From assembly GCA_963741955.1 (NCBI GenBank), contig CAVUKB010000007.1, positions 960,001 through 1,024,000 of the forward strand: a stretch of DNA of 64,000 bases. The letters run 5' to 3'. The notes beneath the pieces were generated by a model. It had not been told where the DNA came from and made no database searches. It worked only from the letters and a program-made list of their open reading frames with translations. Source of the stretch: an uncultured Acidobacteriota bacterium. GTDB lineage: Bacteria; Acidobacteriota; Thermoanaerobaculia; Gp7-AA8. Below, one piece after another: positions 1 through 9,733 of the stretch (position 1 is the first letter of the stretch; each line of letters opens with the position of its first letter). The translations under genes were made by a program, and so were the position numbers.

Positions 1-1068
1 GATCGTTCCGAAGGCTCCTTCGCGCCACAGCCACCCCTCGGTCTCTCGCGCCACGCGGTCCATCGTCTCCACCGCCTTGACCGGGAACGCTCCCGAGGCC
101 GTCTCGGCCGAGAGCATCACCGCGTCGGCGCCGTGCATCACCGCAGTCGAGACGTCCGAGACCTCTGCCCGCGTCGGACGCGCATTCGTCACCATCGACT
201 CGAGCATCTGCGTCGCCACGATCACCGGACGCGCCTTCTCCCGTGCGAGATCGATCAGCTGCCCCTGGACGATCGGCACGGTCTCGGCCGGGAGCTCGAC
301 GCCGAGGTCTCCGCGCGCGACCATGAGAGCGTCGGAAGCGTCGGTGATCGCGTCGATCTCCCGGAGCGCTTCCGGCTTCTCGATCTTGGAGATGATCGGT
401 ACCGCGCGACCACTCGCGTTCACCAGCTCGCGCAGCTCGTCGACGTCGCTGCGGCGGCGGACGAACGAGAGGGCGAGAAGGTCGACCCCGAGCGCGATCG
501 CGAACTCCGCGTCGTCGCGGTCTTTCGGGGTGAACGAGGCGGCGGAGACGGCGACGTCGGGGAGGTTCATCCCCTTGCGATTCTTCAGCGTCCCTCCCTG
601 AATGACGTCGCACGCGATCTCGGTCCCCTCGATGGACGCCACCACGAGCTCGAGATTGCCGTCGTCGAGGAGGATGTGGTTGCCGGGAGAGACGTCGCGG
701 GCGAGCGGCTCGTACTGCGAGGGGATGAGCCCCTGGTCGCCGGGAACGTCCCGCGTGGTGACGACGACGCGCGAACCGGAGGCGAGCTCGATCGATCCTT
801 CCTTGAATGTACCGCAGCGGATCTTCGGACCGCAGAGGTCGGCGAAGACTGCGATCGGTCGGCGAAGGCGTTCGGCGGCCTCGCGAACGATTCGGTAGGC
901 GAGGGTGTGGGAGTCGTGGTCGCCGTGGGACATGTTGAGGCGGAAGACGTCCGCGCCGGCGAGGATGAGACGCTCGACGACGCCGGGGTCGCACGATGCC
1001 GGCCCGATGGTCGCGACGATCTTCGTGCGGCGCTTCTTCAGCCCCTGACGGGTGAGCTCGACCGGCAT
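1..1068 (-). CDS. pyk: Pyruvate kinase (3' end runs off the window)
   Basis: Manual minus-strand translation: RRTKIVATIGPAS...FRLNMSHG...DLCGPKIR...ARGDLGVE...ATQMLESM...RPTRAEVSDV. ATG at 1068 with AGGAG upstream. Not in the ORF track because it is open at the edge. Confidence 0.95.
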   Translation of the reverse strand, partial: MPVELTRQGLKKRRTKIVATIGPASCDPGVVERLILAGADVFRLNMSHGDHDSHTLAYRIVREAAERLRRPIAVFADLCGPKIRCGTFKEGSIELASGSRVVVTTRDVPGDQGLIPSQYEPLARDVSPGNHILLDDGNLELVVASIEGTEIACDVIQGGTLKNRKGMNLPDVAVSAASFTPKDRDDAEFAIALGVDLLALSFVRRRSDVDELRELVNASGRAVPIISKIEKPEALREIDAITDASDALMVARGDLGVELPAETVPIVQGQLIDLAREKARPVIVATQMLESMVTNARPTRAEVSDVSTAVMHGADAVMLSAETASGAFPVKAVETMDRVARETEGWLWREGAFGTI

Positions 1069-1161
1069 CGCGGTACTCCTCTCGGCACTCTGTTGTGCGC
1101 CAAGAGTAGCAAAACGGTGGTTCGACCGTCCCGGTCGCATCGCCGGCGGGGATTTCCCGAT

Positions 1162-1330
1162 GGGGTGCGGATCCTCCGATCCGCCGCGCGGAATGAGTTT
1201 CGGAGCGGGTCGAGAGGAGGTCGGTGGCAGAAGAGATACGGCTGGCGGCGCGACGCTCCGCGCTCAGCCGCAGTCTCCGTCTTGCACGCGTCGACACGAT
1301 CTTCGCGGCGGATCAGAGGATCCGCACCCC
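1162..1330. repeat. Inverted REP-like doublet (REPIN-like)
   Basis: ggggtgcggatcctccgatccgccgcg (1162-1188) is the reverse complement of cgcggcggatcagaggatccgcacccc (1304-1330) with 1 mismatch in 27. Each unit is internally palindromic. Confidence 0.8.
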
Positions 1331-1622
1331 TCGGGTGCGGCCGCGTCCTCGCCGAGGAGTGGCATTCGGAGAGTCGATCGCGCCGTGCCGACAGCTCGGT
1401 CGCGATCGATGCTCCCGAAGTTCGCTGAGCCGTGCGCGCACCAGAAATTTCCGTCCGGGAGGCGCTACGGACATCAGCGACGGATGAACGCGCTTCGCGC
1501 CAGAGTTCACGCTTGCGCTCCGCGCGCCTCGTCCATACGCGGCGTCATCCGCCGTAACCGTACAGGGTCACGACGACGTCTCGGGCGAGAGCGTCAGGGC
1601 GCGGGCTTCGATCGGTCGCGGT

Positions 1623-2453
1623 CTACTGCTTCACCAGCTCCACGCGCCGGTTCATCGCCCGCCCTTCATCCGTCCCATTCGAGCCGACCGGCGCGAACGG
1701 GCCGTTGCCGAACCCGCGTAGACGCGCCGGCGCGACTCCCGCGGTGACCAGCGCCCGGATCACGGAGTCGGCGCGATCCTGCGAGAGCTTCAGATTCGAG
1801 TCGACGCTGCCGACCGTGTCGGTGTGGCCGACCACGAAGACTTTCAGTCCCGGATCGCCCTTCAGCAGTTTTGCGATCTCTCCCACCGCGTTCGCCGACT
1901 CGGGCTTCAACTCGGCTTTGCCGGTATCGAAGTAGATTCCATTCACCGCGGTGTGCCCGGTCGTCTTCAGGTCGTTTGCGAGAGCCGCGGCGTCCGCGAC
2001 GATGACCTGCTCCATCGCCTTAGGCCTGACGATCCGGATCCAGATCTTTCCGTTCCCCTTCTCGGCCTGGGCCCAGATCTCGCGTCCGTCGGCCGTGATG
2101 GTGCCGTTCACCCACCAGGTCGGGTTCACCCCCTGGATCTTCGCTCCGATCTTCCGGAGCGCGTTCTCGTAATTGCGCACCACTTCGAGTGCGGTGCGCT
2201 CGTCCTCGCGCCGGTCGACGGTGTACGTGATGAACGTCAGTTCCCCTTCCACCCTCCGTTTCGGAGGCTTGACGGTAAAGAAGTCGTAGGAGTCGAACGC
2301 CTTCTTCTCGCACTTTTCGATTCGGTAGTTCGGCATGCGGGTGGGGAACAGCGCATCGTCTTTGCAGCCTTTCGCATCGCCGGTCTGCGCGGCGGCCGGA
2401 AGGGCCAGCACCAATGCGGCCAGAATGAGCAGACACTTCTTTCCCGGTTTCAT
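1623..2453 (-). CDS. OmpA-family (peptidoglycan-binding C-terminal domain) exported protein
   Basis: Signal peptide MKPGKKCLLILAALVLALPAAA. C-terminal IYFDTGKAEL...VVGHTD...NLKLSQDRA...NRRVELV OmpA motifs. Confidence 0.9.
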   Translation of the reverse strand: MKPGKKCLLILAALVLALPAAAQTGDAKGCKDDALFPTRMPNYRIEKCEKKAFDSYDFFTVKPPKRRVEGELTFITYTVDRREDERTALEVVRNYENALRKIGAKIQGVNPTWWVNGTITADGREIWAQAEKGNGKIWIRIVRPKAMEQVIVADAAALANDLKTTGHTAVNGIYFDTGKAELKPESANAVGEIAKLLKGDPGLKVFVVGHTDTVGSVDSNLKLSQDRADSVIRALVTAGVAPARLRGFGNGPFAPVGSNGTDEGRAMNRRVELVKQ

Positions 2454-2667
2454 CACGCACCTTCTCCTCTCGACGGGTTCGTCGAAGCGGCGCCGCCCGG
2501 GAACGCGACACCATGGCAAATCAACTGCTCATTGTAAGTCCGCACGCGCTTCGGGGGCTGGAGTTGGAGGCGAACGTCGCGGATCGTGTGGTGGGAGGCA
2601 CGCGGGGCGGGGCTACGGTTTCCGCCGCGGTGTGATTTGCGAGGAGGTTCGGGTTGATGGCGAAAGA

Positions 2668-2752
2668 GGGCTTCGCTTCTTCCGGGAGTGGGGGCGATGC
2701 GAAGGATGCGCATGAGCCGTGGTCGGCGCGGCGGATTACAAATCCGCACTCC
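2668..2752. repeat. REP-like element copy
   Basis: Ends in gcggcggattacaaatccgcactcc. Related copies at ~5611-5694, ~5963-6044, ~12045-12127 and ~36023-36102. Confidence 0.75.
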
Positions 2753-2897
2753 GCGGTAGTTGGCAACCGACAAGTGCGAATTCCTCGGCGGTGGTGACCT
2801 TATTGAGCAATTCAAGCAATTGCTTGACGATGGTCGATTGAACTGCACGGCTACCGCTCGTCGACGAGCCCGAGGTACGATAGATTCCTGGAGGTTG

Positions 2898-3158
2898 ATG
2901 ATGTCCGGTGAGATGCTCGACACCTCTCCCGATGCGAGGTGCGTCTATTTCGAAAGGCTTGCGGAAATGACCCCTTCGGAGCGGCTCGCCTTGATGAGAT
3001 CGGGCAATCGGATGATTCGCGGAATCGTCGAAGCGGCAATTCGAAGCGAGCACCCGGATATCTCGGAGGAAGAACTGCGAACCCGCGTCGCAGTGCGATT
3101 CTACGGGCGGGAAACCGTTGCGCGGGTGCTTGGAGACCTGCCGGCGGACGCCAGGTGA
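2898..3158 (+). CDS. Small protein, putative partner/antitoxin of the downstream nucleotidyltransferase
   Basis: GGAGG RBS before ATG 2898/2901. Sequence MLDTSPDA...MTPSERL...HPDISEEELR. Stop overlaps the next gene's GTG. Confidence 0.65.
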   Translation: MMSGEMLDTSPDARCVYFERLAEMTPSERLALMRSGNRMIRGIVEAAIRSEHPDISEEELRTRVAVRFYGRETVARVLGDLPADAR

Positions 3159-3736
3159 GCTCGGCGGACGATGCCACGGCCGTTGCCGTACGTGTCGCAC
3201 GCTCTCTCGAGCGGGCAGGAATCGAATACGCGGTGGGTGGTAGCGTAGCAGCGAGCGCTCACGGCGAGCCGCGCGCCACACGCGATCTCGATTTTGCCAT
3301 TCGTCTCACTCCCCAGCTGATTCCGGCCTTCTTGAATGCCCTCGGTCCGGATTTCTCGGCAGACGAGGCCTCTTTCCGGCAGGCGATCCGAACCGGACGT
3401 GCGGTGAACGTTTTCTACCTCCCATTTTTCACGAAGATCGACTTCTTTGTTCGAGGTGACGCCGACTACGATCGTGCCGAGTTCTCGAGACGGATCCAGA
3501 TCGAAATCGCGCCGGGCGAGCAGATATTCGCCTCGAGCGCCGAGGACAACCTCCTCTGGAAATTGCGCTGGTACCGCATGGGGAACGAAGTTTCCGAGCA
3601 GCAATGGCGCGACGTCCTCGGTCTGATTCGTGTCAGTGGCGCGAGGATGGACGAGGAGTATCTCCGCCGATGGGCGATCCGGCACGGCATCGGCGATCTG
3701 CTGGAGCGGGCGTTGCGCCAGTCAGAGTCCCCGTAG
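3155..3736 (+). CDS. Pol-beta-like nucleotidyltransferase (AbiEii/DUF6036-like), putative toxin
   Basis: GGSVAASAHGEPRATRDLD motif (GG/S...DxD). GTGA overlap with the upstream gene. Confidence 0.75.
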   Translation: MSSADDATAVAVRVARSLERAGIEYAVGGSVAASAHGEPRATRDLDFAIRLTPQLIPAFLNALGPDFSADEASFRQAIRTGRAVNVFYLPFFTKIDFFVRGDADYDRAEFSRRIQIEIAPGEQIFASSAEDNLLWKLRWYRMGNEVSEQQWRDVLGLIRVSGARMDEEYLRRWAIRHGIGDLLERALRQSESP

Positions 3737-3835
3737 GCTGCAGATTGGCGCCTTCCCTGGGAATATCACGTTCGTGGTGTGCGGCACGATTCGCCTGGAC
3801 CCAGTTCGGCATGTTGCGAGGCTTATCATGGGTCT

Positions 3836-5530
3836 ATGCCGCGAGCAACTCCGTTTCGTCTCGCGCGGCTCGTCTGCCTTGCCGTGCCGTTTCTTCTCAT
3901 TTTCCTCGTCGGATGCGCGTCAACGTCCACGGCTCCCCCGGAGCCCCCGGCGGTTGCGGATCTGGTGATCACGAACGCGAACGTCTTCACCGGCGACCCC
4001 GCGCGGCCTCATGCGCAGGCGGTCGCGATTCGAGACGCGAAGATCGTCGCGGTCGGTGATGACGCGGCGGTCGATCCGTTCGTCGTAGCATCGACGGAAG
4101 TGCTCGACGCTGGCGGTCGCCTGATGATTCCCGGTCTGAACGACGCGCACGTGCATTTCGGCGCGCGACCGGGCGGCTTCCGGCTCGAGCTCCCGTCGCC
4201 CGAGCCGACTCTCGACGAGGTGGTCGCCGCGCTGCGTCGCGTGGTCGCAACTGTGCCGCCCGGCGGATGGATCTACGGAGAGATCGGCGAGCGCGTGCTT
4301 GGCGACCCGGAGGCCACGCGCGATCTCTTCGACTCGATCGTGGGCGATCGGCCGCTGTTCCTGGAGGCCTACACCGGTCACGGCATTCTTCTCGACAGCG
4401 CATCACTGCGCGCACTCGGAATCGCGGAGGACGAGACCGACCCGATGGGAGGGACCTACGATCGCGACGCGAACGGCCGGCTGACCGGGAAGCTCGAGGA
4501 GTACGCGTGCTACGTCGCGAACCAACGGCTCACCGCGCTCGCGACGGACGCCGAGCGGCGCGACGCGCTCGCCGATCTCGCAAATCGTGCCGTTCGATAC
4601 GGCCTCACCACGCTGCAGGTGATGCCGTGGCTCCCGCTCGACGAATTCGTTTCTCTCGACACCCGCGCCGCGGTTCCGCTCCGGACCCGGGTGATGCAGC
4701 TCGCGACGACCACGCCGCAGCGCTGGAACACGGTGGACTACGCCCGCCGGCCCGCGTCGTTGCCGCCCCTTCTGACCGTGTCGGGAACGAAATGGATCCT
4801 CGATGGAACGCCGGTCGAGCGCGGCGCGGCGATGCGTCGTCCGTACGCTGACGAACCTTCAACGACCGGACGGCTCAACTTCGCGCCGGAGACTCTTCGC
4901 GAGATGCTCCGCGAGATCGGCGCGCGGCGCGATCAGCCGCTCGTCCATGCGGTCGGCGATCGGGCGATCGACACCTACCTCGACGCGCTGGAGGCGACCG
5001 GTGGTCCGGAGCTCTGGCGCCCACTGCGACCGCGCATCGAGCATGGCGACTTCCTCATTCATCCCGAACAGCTCGACGCCGTGCGTGCCCTCGGCGCGAT
5101 CGTCGTCCAGAATCCCTCGCACTTCATGGGCGACTTTCTCGCGCCGCGCTATGGCGCAGAGCTCGCGCACGCGGCGCAGCCGATGCGCACGCTGCTGCGG
5201 GATGAAATCCCTCTCGCGCTCGGATCGGACGGGCCTCTCAATCCTTTCCTGAACATCATGTTCGCCACGATGCACCCGGCGAATCCCGAAGAAGCGCTGA
5301 CGCGAGAGGAAGCGGTCGTCGCGTATACGCGGGGATCGGCGCGCGCTGAGCTCCGGGAGAACGAGCTCGGGACGATCGCTCCCGGGATGCTCGCGGATCT
5401 CGCCGTTCTCTCCCAGGACATCTTCGCGGTTCCTCCGCAGCGGCTCCCGGCGACCGAGAGCGTTCTGACGATCGTCGACGGGCGGATCGTCTGGGAGGCG
5501 GCGGGGACGGTCACGCGCCGGCAGCGATGA
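3836..5530 (+). CDS. Amidohydrolase (YtcJ/amidohydrolase-3 family), probable lipoprotein
   Basis: PGLNDAHVH, HAVGD, RIEHGD, LGSDGP, GTIAPGMLADLAVL motifs. Lipobox LVGC. Confidence 0.9.
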   Translation: MPRATPFRLARLVCLAVPFLLIFLVGCASTSTAPPEPPAVADLVITNANVFTGDPARPHAQAVAIRDAKIVAVGDDAAVDPFVVASTEVLDAGGRLMIPGLNDAHVHFGARPGGFRLELPSPEPTLDEVVAALRRVVATVPPGGWIYGEIGERVLGDPEATRDLFDSIVGDRPLFLEAYTGHGILLDSASLRALGIAEDETDPMGGTYDRDANGRLTGKLEEYACYVANQRLTALATDAERRDALADLANRAVRYGLTTLQVMPWLPLDEFVSLDTRAAVPLRTRVMQLATTTPQRWNTVDYARRPASLPPLLTVSGTKWILDGTPVERGAAMRRPYADEPSTTGRLNFAPETLREMLREIGARRDQPLVHAVGDRAIDTYLDALEATGGPELWRPLRPRIEHGDFLIHPEQLDAVRALGAIVVQNPSHFMGDFLAPRYGAELAHAAQPMRTLLRDEIPLALGSDGPLNPFLNIMFATMHPANPEEALTREEAVVAYTRGSARAELRENELGTIAPGMLADLAVLSQDIFAVPPQRLPATESVLTIVDGRIVWEAAGTVTRRQR

Positions 5531-5610
5531 GCGGAGCACGTCCCGCTCAGTTACCCGCGAGTGGGCCTGCACGGACCAGACGTCTCCATTGTTCAAAGCC
5601 ATCACAGAAG

Positions 5611-6044
5611 GCTTCGCTTCTGCCGGGATCGCGGGTGATGCGGCAGCCGCGCATGCGCCGCGCTTCGTCGCGGCGGATTGCGAATCCGCACCCCACGCGT
5701 CGAACGTGATCCCGCCGAGGAGTGCGGATCCCGCTCGGCGGGATCCGCGGCGAGAATCGTGTTGTACGCGACGAAGAGGGGAGTTGTGGTTTTCGCGAAG
5801 CGTCGGAGATTTCGGCGAGCCCGCTCCGCTTCTGCCACATGGCGAGGGGCGGCACGGCTTCCGCCGTGCCGGCCGCGGCGGAAGCCGCGGCGGCCCTCGG
5901 CGCGCGAAGGGCGCGTCTTCCTTGGAGTGTGTACGCGACGCGTCGGTGATTTCGGCGAGCCCGCTCCGCTGCTGCCGGGATCGCGGTGATGCGGCAGCCG
6001 CGCACGCGCCGCGATTCGCGCGGCGGATTGCGAATCCGCACTCC
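5611..6044. repeat. Cluster of REP-like elements
   Basis: Two ~85-bp copies ending gcggcggattgcgaatccgca(c/ct)cc (to 5694 and 6044), an inverted-type copy at ~5719, and a duplicated cgtcggNgatttcggcgagcccgctccgct (~5801, ~5941). Confidence 0.75.
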
Positions 6045-6113
6045 TCGGTCGTCTACGGACTGCTGAGGTCGCGGTTTCACGATTCTTGCATTCTCCGCGA
6101 TAGAATGCGCGGG

Positions 6114-6560
6114 ATGACAGTGACGCACGGCAGCACCGTCCTGCGCCGGCGTTTCGTGCGGGTGATCACGCGCCGCGCCGGTTCTTCGACCGGCACGACT
6201 TCCGTGGTTGCAGCGGCACGTCTCGCCCACGAGGAACTGATCGCCGCCCTCAGCCCGCTCATCGGTGGGGTCGCGGTCGAGGCGCTGTGGGAACGGGCAT
6301 TCGTGCTGGTCCAGAGGGAGTATCCAGCCGAGGAGCGGAGAGGCGAGAACCATACGCCGGATGAACCCTTTGCCCGGGTCACTCTCTGGCTGGAGAGGCA
6401 GGACGAAACCATCGCGACTGACGCTGCGGCTGCGATCTTCGCGACGTTTGCGGAATTGCTCGCCGCACTGATCGGGGAACCACTCACGACGCGCTACCTG
6501 AAAAAGGCGTATGGCGGCGTGTTTTCCATCAACGGGCCGCCAGGGAGGAAGAACAGATGA
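6114..6560 (+). CDS. Small helical hypothetical protein translationally coupled to the KaiC-like ATPase
   Basis: 3' part of ORF 5589-6560 (LSPLIGGVAVEALWERA...LLAALIGEPLTTRYL). ATGA overlap with the next gene. TAGAAT 7 nt before ATG 6114. Confidence 0.7.
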   Translation: MTVTHGSTVLRRRFVRVITRRAGSSTGTTSVVAAARLAHEELIAALSPLIGGVAVEALWERAFVLVQREYPAEERRGENHTPDEPFARVTLWLERQDETIATDAAAAIFATFAELLAALIGEPLTTRYLKKAYGGVFSINGPPGRKNR

Positions 6561-8059
6561 CGGACAAAGTCCCGATCCGGCAGCTCCGGACCACTGTGCC
6601 GGGGCTCGACGAGATAGTGGGCGGAGGCCTGCCGGAGTTCTCCTTCAATCTCATCGTCGGTCCGCCCGGCTCGGGCAAGACCACCCTCGCGCACCAGATC
6701 ATGTTCGGGCTCGCCACACCGGAGCGTCGAGCCGTGTATTTCACGGCCACGGGCGAACCTTCGCTGAAGATGCTGCGTTACCAGCAGCAGTATGACTTCT
6801 TCGATCTGGATCGCGTCGACAAATCGATCCGTTTCATCAGCGTCCAGCAGGACATCGTGAACGGAACGCTGGATCAGCTCTTCCAGAGAATCGTCGGGGA
6901 GGTCGAGACGACCGGCCCCGGACTGGTGTTCGTCGATTCCTTTCGCACGATCATGCAGATGTCCGAGAGATCGCAGAACGGAGAGCTGACCGGGGCGCAG
7001 AGCGTCGTGCAGCAACTTGCGATCCGGATGGCCGGATGGCAGGCCACGACGTTTCTCATCAGCGAACATCACACGGAAGCAGAACACGATCCGGCCTTCA
7101 CGGTGGCGGACGGGCTGTTGTGGTTGCACCAGAGTCTGGACCGCAATTCGATGGTCCGGAAAATCGAGGTGAAGAAAATGCGCGGGCAGGCGCCTGTCCC
7201 CGGCCTGCACACGTTCCGGATCACGAGCGAAGGCATCAACGTATTCCCGCGCGTCATCGTCGGTCCTCCCGACGCGCGAGGGCACGAGTCGCGCAAGCGT
7301 CTCGCGTTCGACATCGATCAGTTGGACGAGATGCTCGGCGGCGGCATTCCCGAGGGGTACTCCGTGCTGGTCGCCGGTCCTTCCGGTTCGGGTAAGAGCG
7401 TTCTGGCGACGGAGTTCATCATGGCCGGGATTCGCAACGACGAGCCCGGCGTCCTCGCCGTTTTCGAGAAACGTCCCTACGAGTATTCGCAGACGCCCCC
7501 GGGGGGTCGCGCGTTCGGACAGATGGTTCGGCAGGGGAAAGTCGGGATCATTCATTCGCGCCCGCTCGATCTCTCCATCGACGAGGCCCTGTACGAGATC
7601 GTCGAGCAGATTCAGCGCCTCAAAGCCCGCCGGCTGGTCGTCGATTCGCTTTCCGGGTTCGAGCTGGCTCTCGCGCCGACGTTTCGGGAGGAGTTTCGCG
7701 AATCGCTGTACCGCATGGTCGCCGTATTGACGGGGATGGGCGTGACGCTGATGATGACCGCCGAGCTGGAGGACAGTTACACCGACCTTCGCTTCAGCCC
7801 GCACGGTACGGCGTTCCTCACGGACGTCATCATCATGCAGCGCTACATCGAGCTGAAGGGTTGCCTGGAGCGGGTGATGTCGGTGGTGAAGGTGAGAGGC
7901 AGCGGACACAGCAAAGAGATCCGAGCTTTCGAGATCAACAGGACCGGCATTGTGATGGGCGAGCCTCTGACGGACTACGATGGTCTCCTCACGGGTCATC
8001 CCGCCGAGAAGGCGATTGCTGCTCCTCCGGGAAAGAAATCGCGAACGCGAAGGAGGTGA
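6557..8059 (+). CDS. KaiC/RAD55-like tandem RecA-fold ATPase
   Basis: Two Walker A motifs (GPPGSGKT, GPSGSGKS), VDS Walker B in both halves, and KMRG/KVRG motifs. Confidence 0.9.
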   Translation: MTDKVPIRQLRTTVPGLDEIVGGGLPEFSFNLIVGPPGSGKTTLAHQIMFGLATPERRAVYFTATGEPSLKMLRYQQQYDFFDLDRVDKSIRFISVQQDIVNGTLDQLFQRIVGEVETTGPGLVFVDSFRTIMQMSERSQNGELTGAQSVVQQLAIRMAGWQATTFLISEHHTEAEHDPAFTVADGLLWLHQSLDRNSMVRKIEVKKMRGQAPVPGLHTFRITSEGINVFPRVIVGPPDARGHESRKRLAFDIDQLDEMLGGGIPEGYSVLVAGPSGSGKSVLATEFIMAGIRNDEPGVLAVFEKRPYEYSQTPPGGRAFGQMVRQGKVGIIHSRPLDLSIDEALYEIVEQIQRLKARRLVVDSLSGFELALAPTFREEFRESLYRMVAVLTGMGVTLMMTAELEDSYTDLRFSPHGTAFLTDVIIMQRYIELKGCLERVMSVVKVRGSGHSKEIRAFEINRTGIVMGEPLTDYDGLLTGHPAEKAIAAPPGKKSRTRRR

Positions 8060-8061
8060 CG

Positions 8062-9000
8062 ATGACGGAACACCGTAAACAAAAGATGCCGCCCCCTCCT
8101 GATGACCAGAGGCGCGAGCAGGAGCAGGTGGGCCGGTCGCGGAAAGACGCGGCCGCCGCGAAGGAGGAGCGCGAGAACCGATTCCAGACTGTCGCCAGCG
8201 TCCGGGCGGAGTTCGAAGCGCTGACGAAGGCCCTCCGCGAAGCGAACGGGCATCTCGTGATGGCCAACCTTCGATCGCAAACGCTTGCCGAGCAGATGAA
8301 TGAGTTGTACGAAGAAGCAAGGCGCGCCATTCAGGCGAAAGACGATTTCTTCAGCACGATCTCGCACGAGTTGCGAACGCCTCTCACGTCGATCAAGGGG
8401 TGGGCGGATCTGCTGGCAGAAAGTCAGGACGTCGCGATAATCACCGAGGCGGCGCGCTCGATTGCCGCCAGCGCCGCGACGCAGGCCCGGCTCATCGATG
8501 ACCTGCTCGACGTCTCCAGAATCATGACCAACAAGTTCGCGATCGCCGAAGCGAGGTTGGACCTGGCGACGGTGATCGACGCCAGCGTGAGCGGAATCTG
8601 GCCCATCGCCATGGAGAAAGGCGTCTCGCTGAGAAAGCAGGTGACGGAGTCCGTTTTCGTCCAGGGTGACGAGGCGCGGCTGAGTCAGGTGCTCTCGAAC
8701 CTTCTGACCAACGCCATCAGATTCACTCCAGCCGATGCGCTGATCGAGATCCGTCTGTCGCGCGAGGGCTCGTTCGGGATCATCGATGTGTCCGACACGG
8801 GGGAGGGGATCTCGGCGGAGTTCCTCCCGTCGGTCTTCGATCGACGCGCCCAGGCCACCGAAAGACGCTTCGCCGGGCTGGGCCTCGGGCTGACCATCGT
8901 CAAGCACATCGTGGAGCTCCATCGCGGCTCGGTCACGGTGAGAAGCGAAGGGGAAGGGAAGGGCGCGACATTCACCGTTCGCATTCCGTCCTTGACATAG
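8062..9000 (+). CDS. Cytoplasmic sensor histidine kinase (coiled coil + HisKA + HATPase)
   Basis: ISHELRTPLT H-box, NLLTNAIRF N-box, DTGEGI, GLGLGL. AGGAGG RBS. Confidence 0.9.
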   Translation: MTEHRKQKMPPPPDDQRREQEQVGRSRKDAAAAKEERENRFQTVASVRAEFEALTKALREANGHLVMANLRSQTLAEQMNELYEEARRAIQAKDDFFSTISHELRTPLTSIKGWADLLAESQDVAIITEAARSIAASAATQARLIDDLLDVSRIMTNKFAIAEARLDLATVIDASVSGIWPIAMEKGVSLRKQVTESVFVQGDEARLSQVLSNLLTNAIRFTPADALIEIRLSREGSFGIIDVSDTGEGISAEFLPSVFDRRAQATERRFAGLGLGLTIVKHIVELHRGSVTVRSEGEGKGATFTVRIPSLT

Positions 9001-9021
9001 CCGCGATGAGTGTGGCCGCAC

Positions 9022-9592
9022 TTCGCCTTTTCGGATCGTTGATCGATCCGCTCACGCAACTCGACGCGCGAGTCGGGACTCCCAAAGTTTGGTAAACCGT
9101 GCGTGACGCGCGAGTGGGTGCGTTTCACCAAACTTTTGGAGCTGCGCTGCGAAGACGATCCCGATGTCGGCACACGAGCCGCTCGAAGCTCGACCCCGGA
9201 TCCTTGAAAGTTCGGCCACGATGCTCGGCGACGATGTGGCCGAACTTTCGAGGACCACGGTTCGCCATTCGGGCAGCTGATCGAGCCGTTCACGCAGTTC
9301 GCCCCGCGAATCCGAACTCCAAAAGTTTGGTAGACCGTGCGTGACGCGCGAGTGGGTGCGTTTCACCAAACTTTTGGAGCTGCGCTGCGAAGACGATCCC
9401 GATGTCGGCACACGAGCCGCTCGAAGCTCGACCCCGGATCCTTGAAAGTTCGGCCACGATGCCTGGCCACGGTGTGGCCGAACTTTCAAGGACCAGGGTC
9501 CGCCTTTCGGACCGTTGATCGATCCGTTCACGCAGCTCGATCCGCGAATCCGGGCTCCCAAAGTCTTGGAAACCGTTCCAGACGCGCGAGTC
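9022..9592. repeat. Tandem repeat of 238-bp period (~2.4 copies) with internal hairpins
   Basis: Anchor tcc(c/a)aaagt at 9080, 9318 and 9556. Internal inverted repeats ccaaagtttggt...accaaacttttgg and ccttgaaagttcggccac...gtggccgaactttc. Confidence 0.9.
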
Positions 9593-9733
9593 ACCCTTTT
9601 CGAGCGATGGACCGAATGCCCGCAAGTTTCTCGGCTCCCTTCTCCAGAGTCGTCCAGGCCTGATGGTGTAGACTGGCCACGTGGTGGCGACTTTCCCTCT
9701 TCCCTCTCGTCCCGTCTACCATCAAGGAGAATT

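Noticed and set aside
77-1428. Plus-strand ORFs 77-601 and 133-1428
   Set aside because: Antisense shadows of pyk, typical of high-GC DNA.
6557-8059. Bona fide circadian clock kaiC
   Set aside because: No kaiA/kaiB nearby and the canonical Ser-Thr phosphorylation pair is not evident.
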